Assembly (NCBI GenBank): GCA_013265495.1
Contig: MU057887.1
Coordinates: 2,389,576 to 2,453,575 of the forward strand
Length of the DNA: 64,000 nucleotides
Source: Vicugna vicugna
Taxonomy: Eukaryota
Reading direction: 5' to 3'
Shown here: positions 11,031 to 23,350 of the stretch, one piece after another
How the letters are laid out: each line of letters opens with the position of its first letter
How positions within the stretch are numbered: position 1 is the first letter of the stretch
Notes under the pieces: generated by a model
What the model was told of the DNA's origin: nothing
Seen by the model: only the letters and a program-made list of their open reading frames with translations
Database searches by the model: none
Made by a program: the position numbers and the translations under genes

Positions 11031-14000
11031 ATTTCTGTTTTGTGCAAATATTTTCTCCCAGTCTGTGGCTTGTCTTAATATTGTCTTGAGTGAAATCTTT
11101 ATAATTTCAATAAGTTCCAGTGTATCAAACTTTTGTTTCATAGTTTGCATTCTCAGGGTCATACTTAAAAACTCATCACCAAGCCTAAGATCACATATGA
11201 CTTTAACCTTGTCGCTGCCTCCCCCTCCCCCTCCTCTTCCTCCTCCTCGACCCTCTCCATCATCACTGTCACCTTCATCTTTGTCCCCTTGTCTTCTTCT
11301 GTCTTCTTATGCTTATAGTTTCGTGTCTTATATGAAGACCTATCATCCCCTTGAGTTAATTTTTACGAAAGGCGCAGGGTCTCTGTCTGGGCTGTCTTTT
11401 TCAGGTGGACATGCAGCTGTAACAGCACTGTTTGTTGAAAGGACTGTCCTTTCTGTCTTAAGTCACCTTTGTTCCTTTGTCAAAGATCAATTGATCCTAT
11501 TCACGTGGACTTTGGTCTATGCCCTTCATCTATGTGTCTGTCTTTCTGCCTACAAAACGCTGTCTGAATTACTGCAGTTCTAAAGTAAGATGGCATTGTA
11601 TGGGGAACACATTTGCCTTTCCATATAAACGTTAGAATCAGTTTGTGAATATCTATAAATTATCTTGCTGTGATTTTAATTGGGATTATATTTAATCTAT
11701 TGGTGATTTGGAGAAGTAACATCTTAACAATGTTGAGTCTTTCAATCCAGGAACGTGAAATATCTTTCTGTTTATTTACGTATCATTTGATTTCTTAATC
11801 AGTAGTTTGTCATTTTCCCATATAGATCTTATGCTTGTTTTATTTATACCTAAAGACTTCATGTATTGGTGCTATAGTGAATGATATTTTTTAAAAATTT
11901 CAAATTACGTTCATTCATTGCTGATATATAGGAAAACAGTTGACTTTTGCATGTGAACTTCTTTTCCTGTGGCCCAGCTGTGACTGCTGACTAGTTACAA
12001 GAGGGTTTTTATTGTTGTTGATACTTTGGGATCTTTCTACATAGATAATGTCTGTCATTTGTGAATAAAGATATACGTTATCTTTATTCTTTTTTTATTC
12101 CTTTCAAATATGTACACTTAGTTTTTATTTCCTTTTCTTATCTTATTGCACTGGCGAACATTCTCAGTATGATGTTGAATGCCAGTGGTGGGAAAGAACG
12201 TTCTTGCCTTGTGTCTGATTATCTGGAGAAAGTGCTCTGTTCTCACCATTAAATAGAGGGTTAGCCGAGGCTGCTTGTAGATGTGCTTTATAAAGTCGAG
12301 CAAGTTTCCTTTTATTCTTAGTTTGCTGAGAGCTTTTAATAACGAAAGGGGTGTTGGATTTCGTTGCTTCCTTTCTTAGCATTACAGGGTCTGGGTGCAG
12401 ACTGACCTCCTCGGCCGGGCTCAGGGGCTCAGGGCCCCCCCAGATTCCTTGGGAGGGATGCCCAAGTCTGACTGGGATTCCGGAGCTGCCAGTGGGCCCG
12501 TCCTGCCTGGACCCCGTCCTCACACCCGTGTTGGTGACCTTCTGCCAGGTCTGAGCCCACAGACCACAGCTCTGTTCCTCCTCACCCAGAGGACTATCTG
12601 GGGAGGGAGAGGCTGGGCTCCTGCCCAGAGCATGTTTTCTCGTGACTGATTCCTGCGATCGACTTCCTGATGTTGAACTAGTCCTCTGCTGGCTGACTTT
12701 CCAATGCTGAGCCCGTCCTAGAATGACCCCCACTTGGTCGTGCTTTTATTGTTTTATACATTATTTGATTTGACTCACTATTTGCTAAGGTTTCTTATTA
12801 TGAGAGATGTTGATCTGTAATTTTCCTTTCTTGCAATCTGTTTTTCTGGCTTTGGTATTATTGTAAGGGTAGCCTCAGAGAGTTCTCTCTGTCCTGAAAG
12901 AGAGTGATTGTCGATAACTGCTGTCATTTCTTCTTTAAACGTTCTTGAATGTCACAGTGAGCAATCTGGGCCTGATGTGTTCTTTTTTCTTTCTCTCTGT
13001 CTTTTTTTTTTAAGTTTATCAATTTTTGGTTTGAAGTCTTTAAGAGGTATATTCCTGTTCAAATCTATTCAAGCGATCTATTTCTTGTTGCATGAATTTT
13101 GATGGTTTGTAGCTTTCAAGGAACTGGTCCATTTCACCTGAAACATTAAATGTGTGGGCTTACAGTTGTTTGTAGCATTCTTTTATTTTCCTAATGAAAT
13201 AATGTTTATTGCTTCAGTGGTGATGATCCCGATTTTATTTATGATATTTTGGTAATTTGTGTCTTATCTCCTTGGTTAGATTGATTAGAGATTTATCAGC
13301 CTTGTTGATCTTTTCAAATTACAAACTTGTAATTTTGTCGATTTTTTCCATTGTTTTCCTGATTTTAATTTCATTAATTTCTGCTCTGTGTTATTATGGT
13401 TTTTTTCTTGCTTTTGCTTTAGGCTAAAACAACCCTTCTTCCTCTAGTTTCTCCATGTGGGATTATAGCTGACTCATTTGAGATCTTCCTGATTTTCTAA
13501 GATATGCATTTAATCCTGTATTTTTAAATTTTTGATAAGTTATATTCTTATTTTTATTTAGTTTAGTTTCTAAAAAAATCTCTTAAGATTCCTCCTTTTA
13601 CTCATGTGTTATTTAGAAGTGTATTATTTAATCTCCAAGTATTTCAAGGTTTTTCATTATCTTTCTATTAGTAATTTCTACTTTAATTTCATTGCTTGAC
13701 AACAGATTTTGTGTGATTCTTGGTCTTTAAAATTTTGAAAGTGTGTTTATGGCCCAGAATGTGGTTTATAATGGTGAGTGTCTAACGTGAACTTGAGAAG
13801 AATGTGTATTCTGCTGTTGTTGCATGATGTATTCTATAAATGTCAATGAGATCCAGCTGACTGGTTGTCCTGTTCGGGGGAACCATGCCTTTAATGATTT
13901 TCTGCCTTCTTGATCTGCCTGCTACTGACAGAAGGATGCTGAAGTCTCCCAGTGTAATAGAGGGTTTGTCCACTTCCTCGTTTACCTTTTTGACCCGATG

Positions 14001-15310
14001 CATTTTGACGCTCTGGTGTCAGGTACATAGACTTTTGAGACTGTTGTGTCTTCTTGAGGAACTGACCCCTTTATCCTTCTGTGACAGCCCTCTTTATGGC
14101 CGATAACCTTCCCTCTGTATAAGCCAGCTGGAGTTAGCGCGGTCGCCCAGCCTCCTCCCGATCACTCTCCCCGCAGCTGACTCGCTGTATGTAAAACGGG
14201 TCTCTTGCTGAGAACACATGCTTGGGTCCTGGTCTTTTTTTCTATCCGCTCTGACAACCTCTGCATTTTAATTGCTATATTTAGGCCATTCACATTTAAA
14301 GTGCCATTTAAAATTTAATTACTTAAAATCTGCCCTGTTTGTAGTTTTTCTCTGTTCATTGCACTTGTTCTTTGTTACTCTTTCGGTCTTCCCTCTTTTG
14401 TCTTCTCTGATTTCCACAGAGCTTTCTGTAAGACTACATTCTCTTGCTGTACATATTACACTTCTTCTGTTAATTGGTGGCTGCCCTAGAGTCTTCAATA
14501 GGCATTTTAAACTAACATAAGTCCTCCTTGAAACGATATTGCGTGGTCACATGATTAGTGTGGGTGCCTTGTAACTGAACGCCCTCAATTCCTGCCTTTC
14601 ATTTCTGTCATTCTCTTCTCCATACACTGTATTCACTCATTAAACTGTTACTATTATTAATTTGAACAGTTATCTTTTCAATTAGTTAAGAATAAGGAAA
14701 ATAAAAGATTTTGTCTTACCTTCGTTTATTCCTTTCCTTATGAGGTCTGAGTTTCCAACCCATGTCATCTTCTTTCTTCCTGAAGAGCTTCTTTAAACAT
14801 CGATAGTGGGGCAGGACTTCTGGTGATGGTAACGGGGCAGGACTTCTGGTGGTGACATTCCTGGTTTGGTCTGTATTTACCAACTCCTTATTTATTCTTC
14901 CCCTTTAAAGGATAATTTCATCGACTATAGAATTCTGGATTTTAAAAAAATTAACTTTTTGTGTATTTCACACCGCCGGCTTCCTGACTGCATGGTGTCA
15001 GATGAGCCATCTCCTGAATTCGTGTCTTTGTCCCTGTGTAGGAAAGGTGCTGTGTTTTTCTCTGGCTTCGTGTAGGTTTTCCTCTTTGTTTGAATATAAC
15101 GTGAATGTGACATGCCTAGGTGTGTGGTTTTCCTCTTTCAACACCATCTGCTATTCAGGAAGCTTCCTGGGTCTGTGGCTCTGCGTCTGTCATTAACTTC
15201 GGAAAGGTTTTGCATATGTGTATTCCTGCTTCATATGTCTTTTCTCTCCTTTGGGAACTTGTATGTGTTATACCCTTTGAAATTGTCCCACAGTCCTTGC
15301 ATGTTCTGGA
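11031..15310 (-). mobile_element. Old LINE-1 body (ORF2 including endonuclease, into ORF1 region), degenerate
   Basis: ORF 13782-14003 reads ...LGDFSILLS...LDLIDIYRIHHATTAEYTFFSS, the L1 APE-endonuclease motifs; continuous T-rich antisense L1 sequence on both sides. Confidence 0.9.
12386..12631 (+). repeat. Duplicated copy of 8680-8918 inserted within the L1
   Basis: GC-rich block interrupting AT-rich L1 sequence; direct alignment to 8680-8918. Confidence 0.95.
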
Positions 15311-15539
15311 AGCAGCCATGGCACCCGCTCTGGCTTTCCTAGCCTGTGGCTTCTGCTGGTCCTTTTAATTCTACCCGCTGCTCGAGACCCCGGGTGGCAT
15401 CAAGCTCAGGCAAACTGCAGAAGCCGCCGCACCTTGCCTGCAGACCCGTGACAAATTCAGTCCCTGCCCTGCGCCCAGAACCTGGCCCTGGCCTGTTGCT
15501 TCATCCTTCCCCGCCTGGGCCACAGTCTGAAGGTCGCGT

Positions 15540-15745
15540 GATGCCGAAGAGAGGCCTGGCTAGGACTCAGGCAGATCTTGCCTCTGCACCTCCCTGTGTG
15601 AACTGGGGCCACCGCGTGACCTGCCTGAGCCCTGAACTCCTGGTCTTTACATTAAGGATAGTACCTCAACTTCACACGGCTGCCGTGAAGATCAGATAAC
15701 AGGTGTGAAGTTTGCTGTGTGGTTCGTGCACGCTTTAATAAATGT
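15540..15745 (+). mobile_element. MIR SINE
   Basis: cctctgcacctccctgtgtgaactggggcc...acctgcctgagccctgaactcctggtctttacattaaggatagtacctcaacttcacacggctgccgtgaagatcagataa. Confidence 0.65.
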
Positions 15746-17389
15746 AGCTCACACAAGTGCCCGCCCCGTGTCTGGCTCAGCGCATTTCTCGTCTCCAGGT
15801 GTCCCTGTTGCCCTGTCTCCTTCATGCGGGCTGGCACTGTCCCAGGAAGTGATCTGCAAATTACGTTCTTTGCCTGCTGAGTGTGGATGCTAAGTGTCGG
15901 TGGGAGAGAGCTCTCCCTGCGCTCGTCTCCGCGCCCTCCCTCGGCATCAGACCTCGTCTGTGGCCTGAGCCAGACCTCTCCCTAGTCCGACCACGGCTGC
16001 ACTGCTTGCATCTGATGAAATAGTTACACATCTCTTCTCTCTCGCTGGGAATGTCTTTCTCAAATTACCCCTTAAACTTTACTTCCATAATTGCCTTCTC
16101 CATTTGGCTTCCAAATATGCAAGTAAATTTCAGGGCTGTCTTACAGGCACATCGGGTGGGAGTCACTGCAGAGAGGTGAAAAGAGGGCCCATGTAGGGAA
16201 AATCTACAGTCAAATAAGTTTGGGAAATTATAAAGAAAGCTCAACAATCTTTTTCCTGTTGCTGGACGTCTCAGGACCTTTATTTTCATGACTGAGCCCT
16301 GTGGGTCTCTAGGACGGAGACGCCGCACATCAAATTGCTCAGACACAAAGCTTTCTCCTCCCCTTGCTCCGTCTTTCTTAGATATTTTTCTTTCTCCCCA
16401 TGAAGTCATCTTGCAGGAATAATGCCCCCTGTGGAATCCTCTTAGACAGCACTGGCGGCAGTTCCAGGGAGAGCGTGGCAAGGGTTACATTTGCTTTCTG
16501 ACATTACACCTACAGCGTTTCCCAGTCAGGGACTCTGGGGCTTGGAAGCCCACAGGCTCAAGACTGGTGCCTGATGCCTGCTCATATCCACCCCCCACCT
16601 TGATCTTCTGTCAGTCATGCCCTCCTGTCAATCTCCAGCCTGATGTGGGCATGGCAGAGGCTGAAGGCTGGTGCTGGCCGTGCCCGGAGGGGAGTCCTGG
16701 GTGAGGCAGGGTCCTCTGAAGACATTTCCAAATCTATACTTAATGACTCCATCAAGACCTGGCTTACTTTTTCCTTTTTGAAGTAAAATGCCTGGGGACA
16801 AAGTCTACTAAACATGTACACTTGTCAGCACATGTCTAACCCATCTTTGTTTTGCCAAGTACCTTGTGTAGTGAGTGTAACAATATAAGCATTTAGCAAC
16901 TGCTGTTGAATGAAAGAACAGAAATTATATCCTGGAATCTTGAGAAATGCCATCTCGGGGATGATGGTGAACAGACAGCATGATTAAATCCAGATGCCAA
17001 GAAGATTTTTAAACGTCTCAGGGGATGACATTCCCATCATTTATTTGGTAAAAACTGCTCTCTGCTCCATCTTGAAGCCAGCTCTTTTCTGGCACTGGAT
17101 GCACAGTCTAAATAGCATTTAATTCCAGTGAAGCTTTTCTCACTTCCTGCTCATGATCCACTTTGACTTGGGACCAATCAAGATTGGCCAGTTTGCTCCA
17201 AGCCTGTGTCATCTGGGTCAACCTTCCTGGGCAGCCGGATTTCTTCTTGCCTCATAAGCCACACTGAGGACATGGGATAGGTGACCTCAACACATCATTC
17301 TGATGCACCCTGCTAGGTGGCAAGCCACGCTTCCTCCATTGTCCTTTTTTTTTGCCACAGGTCCACTTCCAGGAGGAGAAGGAGAGATG

Positions 17390-19400
17390 CTGCTTGGGAG
17401 GTGAAAGCACTTTTCCAGCTGGGAGAGGATGATAGCTTGGACCAGACGATGGCAGTTGACATGGAACTGACTTCAGGTATTTTTGGAGGAAAGGGCACCT
17501 GATATTGCCTGTGGTGGCGCGGGGGCTAGAGGAGATGGGAGAATCAGGGGAACCCAGGGTTTATATGTTTGGCCTGGAGCAACTGGACTGCCATGCCATT
17601 TACAGAGGGGGGAGGGACTCCCGGGGCACTGGGAGCCCGTGGGAGGGAAGCGAAGCGTTCAGTGTTGGACGTAATAAATCTGAAATGACATTAGACATCC
17701 ATCCACTGTCCAAAGGGCAGTTAGGTGTACTAATCCTGGAGCCCTCTGGTAAGGTAGAACTTCGGGAGTCATCCGTGGGTAGATGGCATTTGTAGTCCCA
17801 GGACTGAATGGGATCCTCCAGAGCATGAGCAGAACAACGGCCCAGGCCTGAGTCCTGAGGGACTTCGGCATTGGAGCCCCACTGAGAAGGGGGAGTCACT
17901 GGGAAGAGACGGTGGCTGGGAGCACTGGGTGTCTCAGAGGCCAAAAGGCAGAGCAGTCAACTGAGTGAACGCGTATGTAAGCCAGCAACCACCACCACCC
18001 AGCGGTGTGGTGCACACCCAGCAGCGAGCCTGGTGGTCGCAAGAAGGGACGGGGTCGGGAGCGCAGAGGGCAGAGAGCAGAGGGAAGTGAGTCTAGAAGA
18101 GGCCGGGGGGGTGATATTGATGACACGTGTGGTGGAGTCCCCCCGGGAAGGGAAGAGGAACAATGAGGCGTGGCTAGAGGGAGATATGAAGTCAAGAGAA
18201 ATTTTGTTTACCTTTTATTTTTGTCAGATGGCACATCGACTGTGGCCCCTAAGTAAGGGAAAACTCAGTGATTTCAAAGGCAAAGGGCACTGCAGATGCA
18301 CAAATTCGTCTCTGAGAAGGCCAGTCTAGGTGAGCCAGCAAAAGGACTGGATCTCTGATAAGCGTGGGCGCCCTTTTTAGAACGTAAGAGGGGAGAGTGG
18401 AAGGATGAGCATAGGAACAGGAGTGGACGGATTTGGGATAAAAGGAGGAGGCAGCTCCTGTTTTCTCAACGAAGCCTCAGATGCTGGTGGACGGCGGAGG
18501 TAGAAGGCATGAAATGGTGACCTTGTGAAAAGGAGAAATTAGTGGATTAGGACTACTGCGCAATTTTGCCTACTAGTTTGATGGAGAATTTAAAGAAGTA
18601 TTTTAACTACAGCTGTGTGTTTTACCCTACCTACATTCAGCAGCCCGGGGGAGGTGCAGAGTGGGCAGAGAAGGGGGAGGGGGCAGTATGTCAGAGGAAA
18701 TGAGAGAGAAGACGACTGAGATCAAGAAGAAGGCTTAGAATGATGCACCACAGGATCTAATCTGAGCAAAGGGTGAAGCCAAGACGTAAGAGGGGCAGTG
18801 GATCTTCAAAAAGTGGTTGGTGGTGCAGTTACTTCAACATCAAAATGTTATGATCAGGAATGTGGAAGTGAAGGCACTGTGAGGTGGGACGCTAGGGTAA
18901 GGGTGCTGGGGAGGGCTGGTGACCACTGGGTAGGGTGCTCTTGCTGTTCTGAAGATGAGGTGGCCTCGGATCTGACATGGGAGAGGATGGGGTGAAGGGA
19001 GGGATCGCCAGGAATTAGGAGGCCGAGTGGAAGGGAAGAGAGATGCTCCCTGTGGATGCTGACATCACAGAGGATGGTGGACATGGATACCAAAGTGTCA
19101 GGCAGGTGCCAAGGTCTGTAATAAACACTGGGAGGGACCTGGACCTCAGACGACATCCACACGGGATGGGCAGCTAATGGAATGACACACAGCTTAAAGA
19201 AGTTAGAATACTGAATGAGGAAGAAGACCAAAATGCATTTGGACACAGCAAATGTGTAAAAGGACCCTTGCCCGAATCCCAGGCCTGAGGTCCAGGTGTG
19301 TGGGTTGCGTAGACTCAGCGTGACAGAGAGACCGGGATAGTGGGGCCTTTGAGGAAGAGATGGATCTCCAGGCCGAAGAAAGCATCTCCAAAGGATTTGC
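17390..19400 (-). mobile_element. LINE-2 body (degenerate)
   Basis: Purine-rich antisense L2 signature: gaggatgatagcttggaccag..., ttagacatcc...gggcagttagg..., gggagtcatccgtgggtagatggcattt..., gagaagacgactgagatc. Confidence 0.75.
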
Positions 19401-19434
19401 TTGTTTCGTGTCTGTCTCTATTAAAACGCAAGCA

Positions 19435-19545
19435 TCAGGGCAGGATTTACCTGTTTTTGTCGCCATTTTATCCTAGTACTTTGGACAGAGCTTTGAACGT
19501 AGAAGATACTCGATGAATGTCTGTTTAATAAATGTTGAGTTATGA
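19435..19545 (+). mobile_element. LINE-2 3' tail
   Basis: agggcaggatttacctgtttttgtc...tcctagtactttggacagagctttgaacgtagaagatactcgatgaatgtctgtttaataaatg. Confidence 0.7.
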
Positions 19546-20445
19546 ATGTTGCCATTTGTAATCACAAAGTAGTCACCTTAATTTCTACTTTCTGTAGGTC
19601 AGGGAGGCTTACTTTGAGTTTCAAGTATGGTCTAATCTTCTATCGCATAAACGTTGCAATAGGCATCATTCTACAGTGACAGTGTGCTGCGTTTCATAAC
19701 TACTATATATATTATGCTCTTTGTAGTAATCTGAACTTCTCTACCCTATTTACTCTTTTGCCTACTTGATCTGTCAAGGAATAAAAGAATAATCAGCTGC
19801 TATTGGGTGTCTGACACATTCTCGTCATATTTCAATTTGATTTTTCTGTATCTACTCTGATGCTGTGCTATTTGGCGCATGAAGGTTCATAACCGCCATC
19901 CCGTTGTATCAAAATGAACACTTCATAAAACATCACCCACCTTGTCCTATTCAATTTTGTATTTTTCTCTGACTCATACTCTATTCTAGGCTATCACTGT
20001 CTCCTGCGTTTTCTTTGAGTCTTCTTGGTATGTATCTGTCTGTTCCTCCACTTTTAATTTCTCCAAATCTCTTTGCTTTAGTGGTGACTCTGGTTAGATT
20101 ATGCCCAGACAGACTTTGGTTTTGTTCCAGCTCAAGAGTCATTCTTTAGTAATAAATGTAATCCTTTTAAAGTTTCTGCCATAAGCAACATATTTTGTCT
20201 GATTTCTATCCTATTTTTTTGTGCTTCTAGTCTCTCAGTTTCTTATTGTTGTCCTCATTTTATCTTTGTCATATGCCCTTTCTCTCTGAGAACAGTGATT
20301 TCTGAGGGCATGCACACAGTGGCAGTTCTTCAGCTGGCTACCTGTGATGCTGCTTCTGATTCTTACGGATCGCTCTGCTTGCCAGGGTCTACTCAAGTTT
20401 CTTAGCGGCCCTTCCACCTTGTAAGATCCAGACATTTTCACTCTT

Positions 20446-21390
20446 TTTTATTTTTTAAGTTTCTATTTTATTTTTTTCCCTAGATCATTCTATTTATTTT
20501 TTAAATTTTTTTATTCATTCATAATCATTTTACAATGTTGTGTCAAATTCCAGTGTAGAGCACAATTTTTCAGTCATGCATGAACATACATATATTCATT
20601 GTCACATTCTTTTCTCTGTGAGCTACCATAAGATCTTGTATATATTTCCCTGTGCTATACAGTATAATCTTGTTATCTATTCTACTATTTTGAAATCCCA
20701 GTCTATCTCTTCCCGCCCCCTGCCGCCTTGGCAACCACAAGTTTGTATTCTATGTCTGTGAGTCTATTTCTGTTTTGTATTTGTGCTTTGTTTGTTTGTT
20801 TGTTTTTTTAGATTCCACATATGAGCGATCTCATATGGTATTTTTCTTTCTCTCTCTGGCTTACTTCACTTAGAATGACATTCTCCAGGAGCATCCATGT
20901 TGCTGCAAATGGCATTATGTTGTCGGTTTTTATGGCTGAGTAGTATTCCATTGTATAAATATACCACCTCTTCTTTATCCAGTCATCTGTTTATGGATAT
21001 TTAGGCTGTTTCTATTTCTTGGCTATTGTAAATAGTGCTGCTATGAACATTAGGGTGCAGGTGTCATCCTGAAGTAGGGTTCCTTCTGGATACATGCCCA
21101 GGAGCAGGATTCCTGGATCATATGGTAAGTCTACTCCTAGTCTTCTGAGGAATCCCCATCCTGTTTTCCACAGTGGCTGCACCAAACTGCATTCCCACCA
21201 GCAGTGTAGGAGGGTTCCCTTTTCTCCACAGCCTCTCCAGCATTTGTCATTTGTGGATTTTTGAATGACGGCCATTCTGACTGGTGTGAGGTGATACCTC
21301 ACTATAGTTTTGATTTGCATTTCTCTGATAATTAGTGATATTGAGCATATTTTCATGTGCCTTTGGTCATTTGTATGTCTTCCTTGGAGA
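20446..21390 (-). mobile_element. Young camelid-type LINE-1, 3' part (poly(A) tail, 3' UTR, ORF2 C-terminus)
   Basis: T-rich tail at 20446-20515. ORF 21012-21398 has [37 protein letters not shown], the L1 ORF2 Cys-rich domain. Left TSD at 20428-20445. Confidence 0.95.
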
Positions 21391-21826
21391 GTATACAATG
21401 GAATAAAGACAGTCTCTTCAGCAAGTGGTGTTGGGAAAACTGGACAGCAGCATGTAAAACAATGAAGCTAGAACACTCCCTTACACCATACACAAAAATA
21501 AACTCAAAATGGATCAATGACTTAAACATAAGACAAGATACAATAAACCTCCTAGAGGAAAATATAGCAAAACATTATCTGACATACATCTCAAAAATGT
21601 TCTCCTAGAAGAAATAAAAGCAAGAATAAACCAATGGGACCTATTGAAACTTACAAGCTTCTACACAGCAAAGGAAACCAGAAGTAAAACAAACAGACAA
21701 CCTACGGAATGGGAGAACATTTTTGCAAATGAAACTGACAAAGGCTTGATCTCCAGAATATATAAGCAGCTCATACGACTCAATAAGAAAAAAATAAGCA
21801 ACCCAATCCAAAAATGGGCAGAGGAC
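21388..21826 (+). mobile_element. Inverted 5' segment of the same LINE-1 (ORF2)
   Basis: Encodes [17 protein letters not shown]...[12 protein letters not shown] and ...[11 protein letters not shown]...[10 protein letters not shown]...NPIQKWAED. Right TSD ccagacattttcactctt at 21827-21844. Confidence 0.95.
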
Positions 21827-22479
21827 CCAGACATTTTCACTCTTAATTTCTTCCAGAATTCAATTTCCAACTCTAAGGTTTTACTGATAAATTCTGGAAT
21901 AAAACAAAGCACATTGATTTTTAAACATTTTCTCTGTATAGATTCTCTCTTAACAATGATTAAGAATACATAATTTGGAGCCATATGTACTGTAACCATT
22001 AATTGTATGTTTAAATGGTTTCAGGGTTCACTGTTACCTCTTTTATAGCACAGCTCCTCTACTCCTGGTTAGCTTTTTTGAACTCATTTAACAAGTGACC
22101 AGAACGCCTTATGAGGTGATTTGTCCAGACAGAATACGTGGGTGCTGTATTTTCAAAGCCTTTGCATATCTGAGACTTTTTTTTCTTGACTTCATTGGCA
22201 GATGCCAACTGAGTGGGATATAGTGTAATTGAATCCAGGTATTTTTCTCTTAAAATGCTTTAGACGTCCCTCCACTGCTTCCTGTCTTGTAAGAGTGAAG
22301 AGAACCATGAGACAAAGCAGCCTTTCCTCCCTTTGTCAGCAGCTGCTGCCCAAGGCCCGCCGTGTACCTAGCCAGTGGGACAACGCTCAGCTCATGCCTG
22401 CTGACCAGACCATCCAGTCCCTTCTCCACATCTCCTTGTATTTAAAAAGCACATCCACACTCAGTATCTCCTTGGAAAC

Positions 22480-22580
22480 ATTATAGATAGAGACACCAAG
22501 CTTAAGGAGGTGATGTGAGTTGTCCAAGTCCAGCGGCAGAAGCAGGATGGGGTCCCAGGCCTGAATTCAGGTCTTGCTGC
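22480..22580 (-). mobile_element. MIR fragment
   Basis: ttatagatagagacaccaagcttaaggaggtgatgtgagttgtccaagtccagcggcagaagcagga...tgaattcaggtc. Confidence 0.6.
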
Positions 22581-22940
22581 CTAAAAATCCTGTTCTCCAG
22601 AATGAATTTTTTTTGTTGTGCTTCCTCCCAACCCAATCTGAAGAAGTCTTTGTATCAATTTATCAGCCACAGAGGAAATGCATCCAGTGTGTGGTAAACA
22701 TCAGGCTAGAGGAAGGAAGTAGTGGTCCAATGAGAACATCCCTCGTGGGTTTGAGTTCTCCTCTCCTCAAGATAATGTGAAGATTAGTCCGCATGCTTTT
22801 AAATGACCCCCTGGGTGTTCTCATAATTGCTAAGATTCAATTAAATAGGGGCTGGGCTGATAGAGGTTGGGCTGATACAGTCTCACCAGTATACATGGTC
22901 ATCACTCTACTAGCAGTTTCCGAATTCTGAAGTTGAGGAG

Positions 22941-23350
22941 TGCCAATTTTAAAAAAAATGGAAAAGCCTGCACACTGAAAAAAGACTTTATTCAAGGTTT
23001 TAAGAACTGCAATTCAGGAGATACGTATTCAGGTAAAATTGAGTGTTTCAGGGAAGAGAAAGAGCCAAGAGCTTATAAAGGCAGAAGTCACGAGTCTGTT
23101 CTCTGATGCAGGAAAGGAAATATGTATCCTTAAGGGATGGCTGTCACGAGTTGTTGCAGGGTCAGGATTTTATAAGTATCTTGAGTTTTTGGCAGATGTT
23201 GTGGATGCCTTCATTAGGACAAGAAGTGGTCAAAAGGTCAGATTCCAACCAGGCTGAGATGTGCATAGGACACCCTTCTCAGTGGCCTCCTGGCTCCACC
23301 TTAGAGAGCTCTGGTGGCAATACCGACTCCATTTTGATCTTCCTTTCGCA
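22941..23350 (-). mobile_element. ERV1-class (MER4/MER41-group-like) 3' LTR
   Basis: TG...CA termini, reverse AATAAA at 22987-22992, ctccattttg motif, directly abutting a polypurine tract (gttccccctttt, 23351-23362). Confidence 0.75.

Larger units (their letters stand above)
19560..22330 (-). mobile_element. Ancient L1 (L1ME-like) remnant hosting the young L1 insertion
   Basis: Antisense L1-like text on both sides of the young insertion (tgctgtgctatttggcgcatgaaggttcat; ctttgcatatctgag...gggatatagtgtaattgaatcc...tccactgcttcctg). Confidence 0.55.

Noticed and set aside
14808..14851. Direct repeat ggggcaggacttctggtg x2
   Set aside because: Simple two-copy slippage duplication inside an L1; not an array or CRISPR-like structure.
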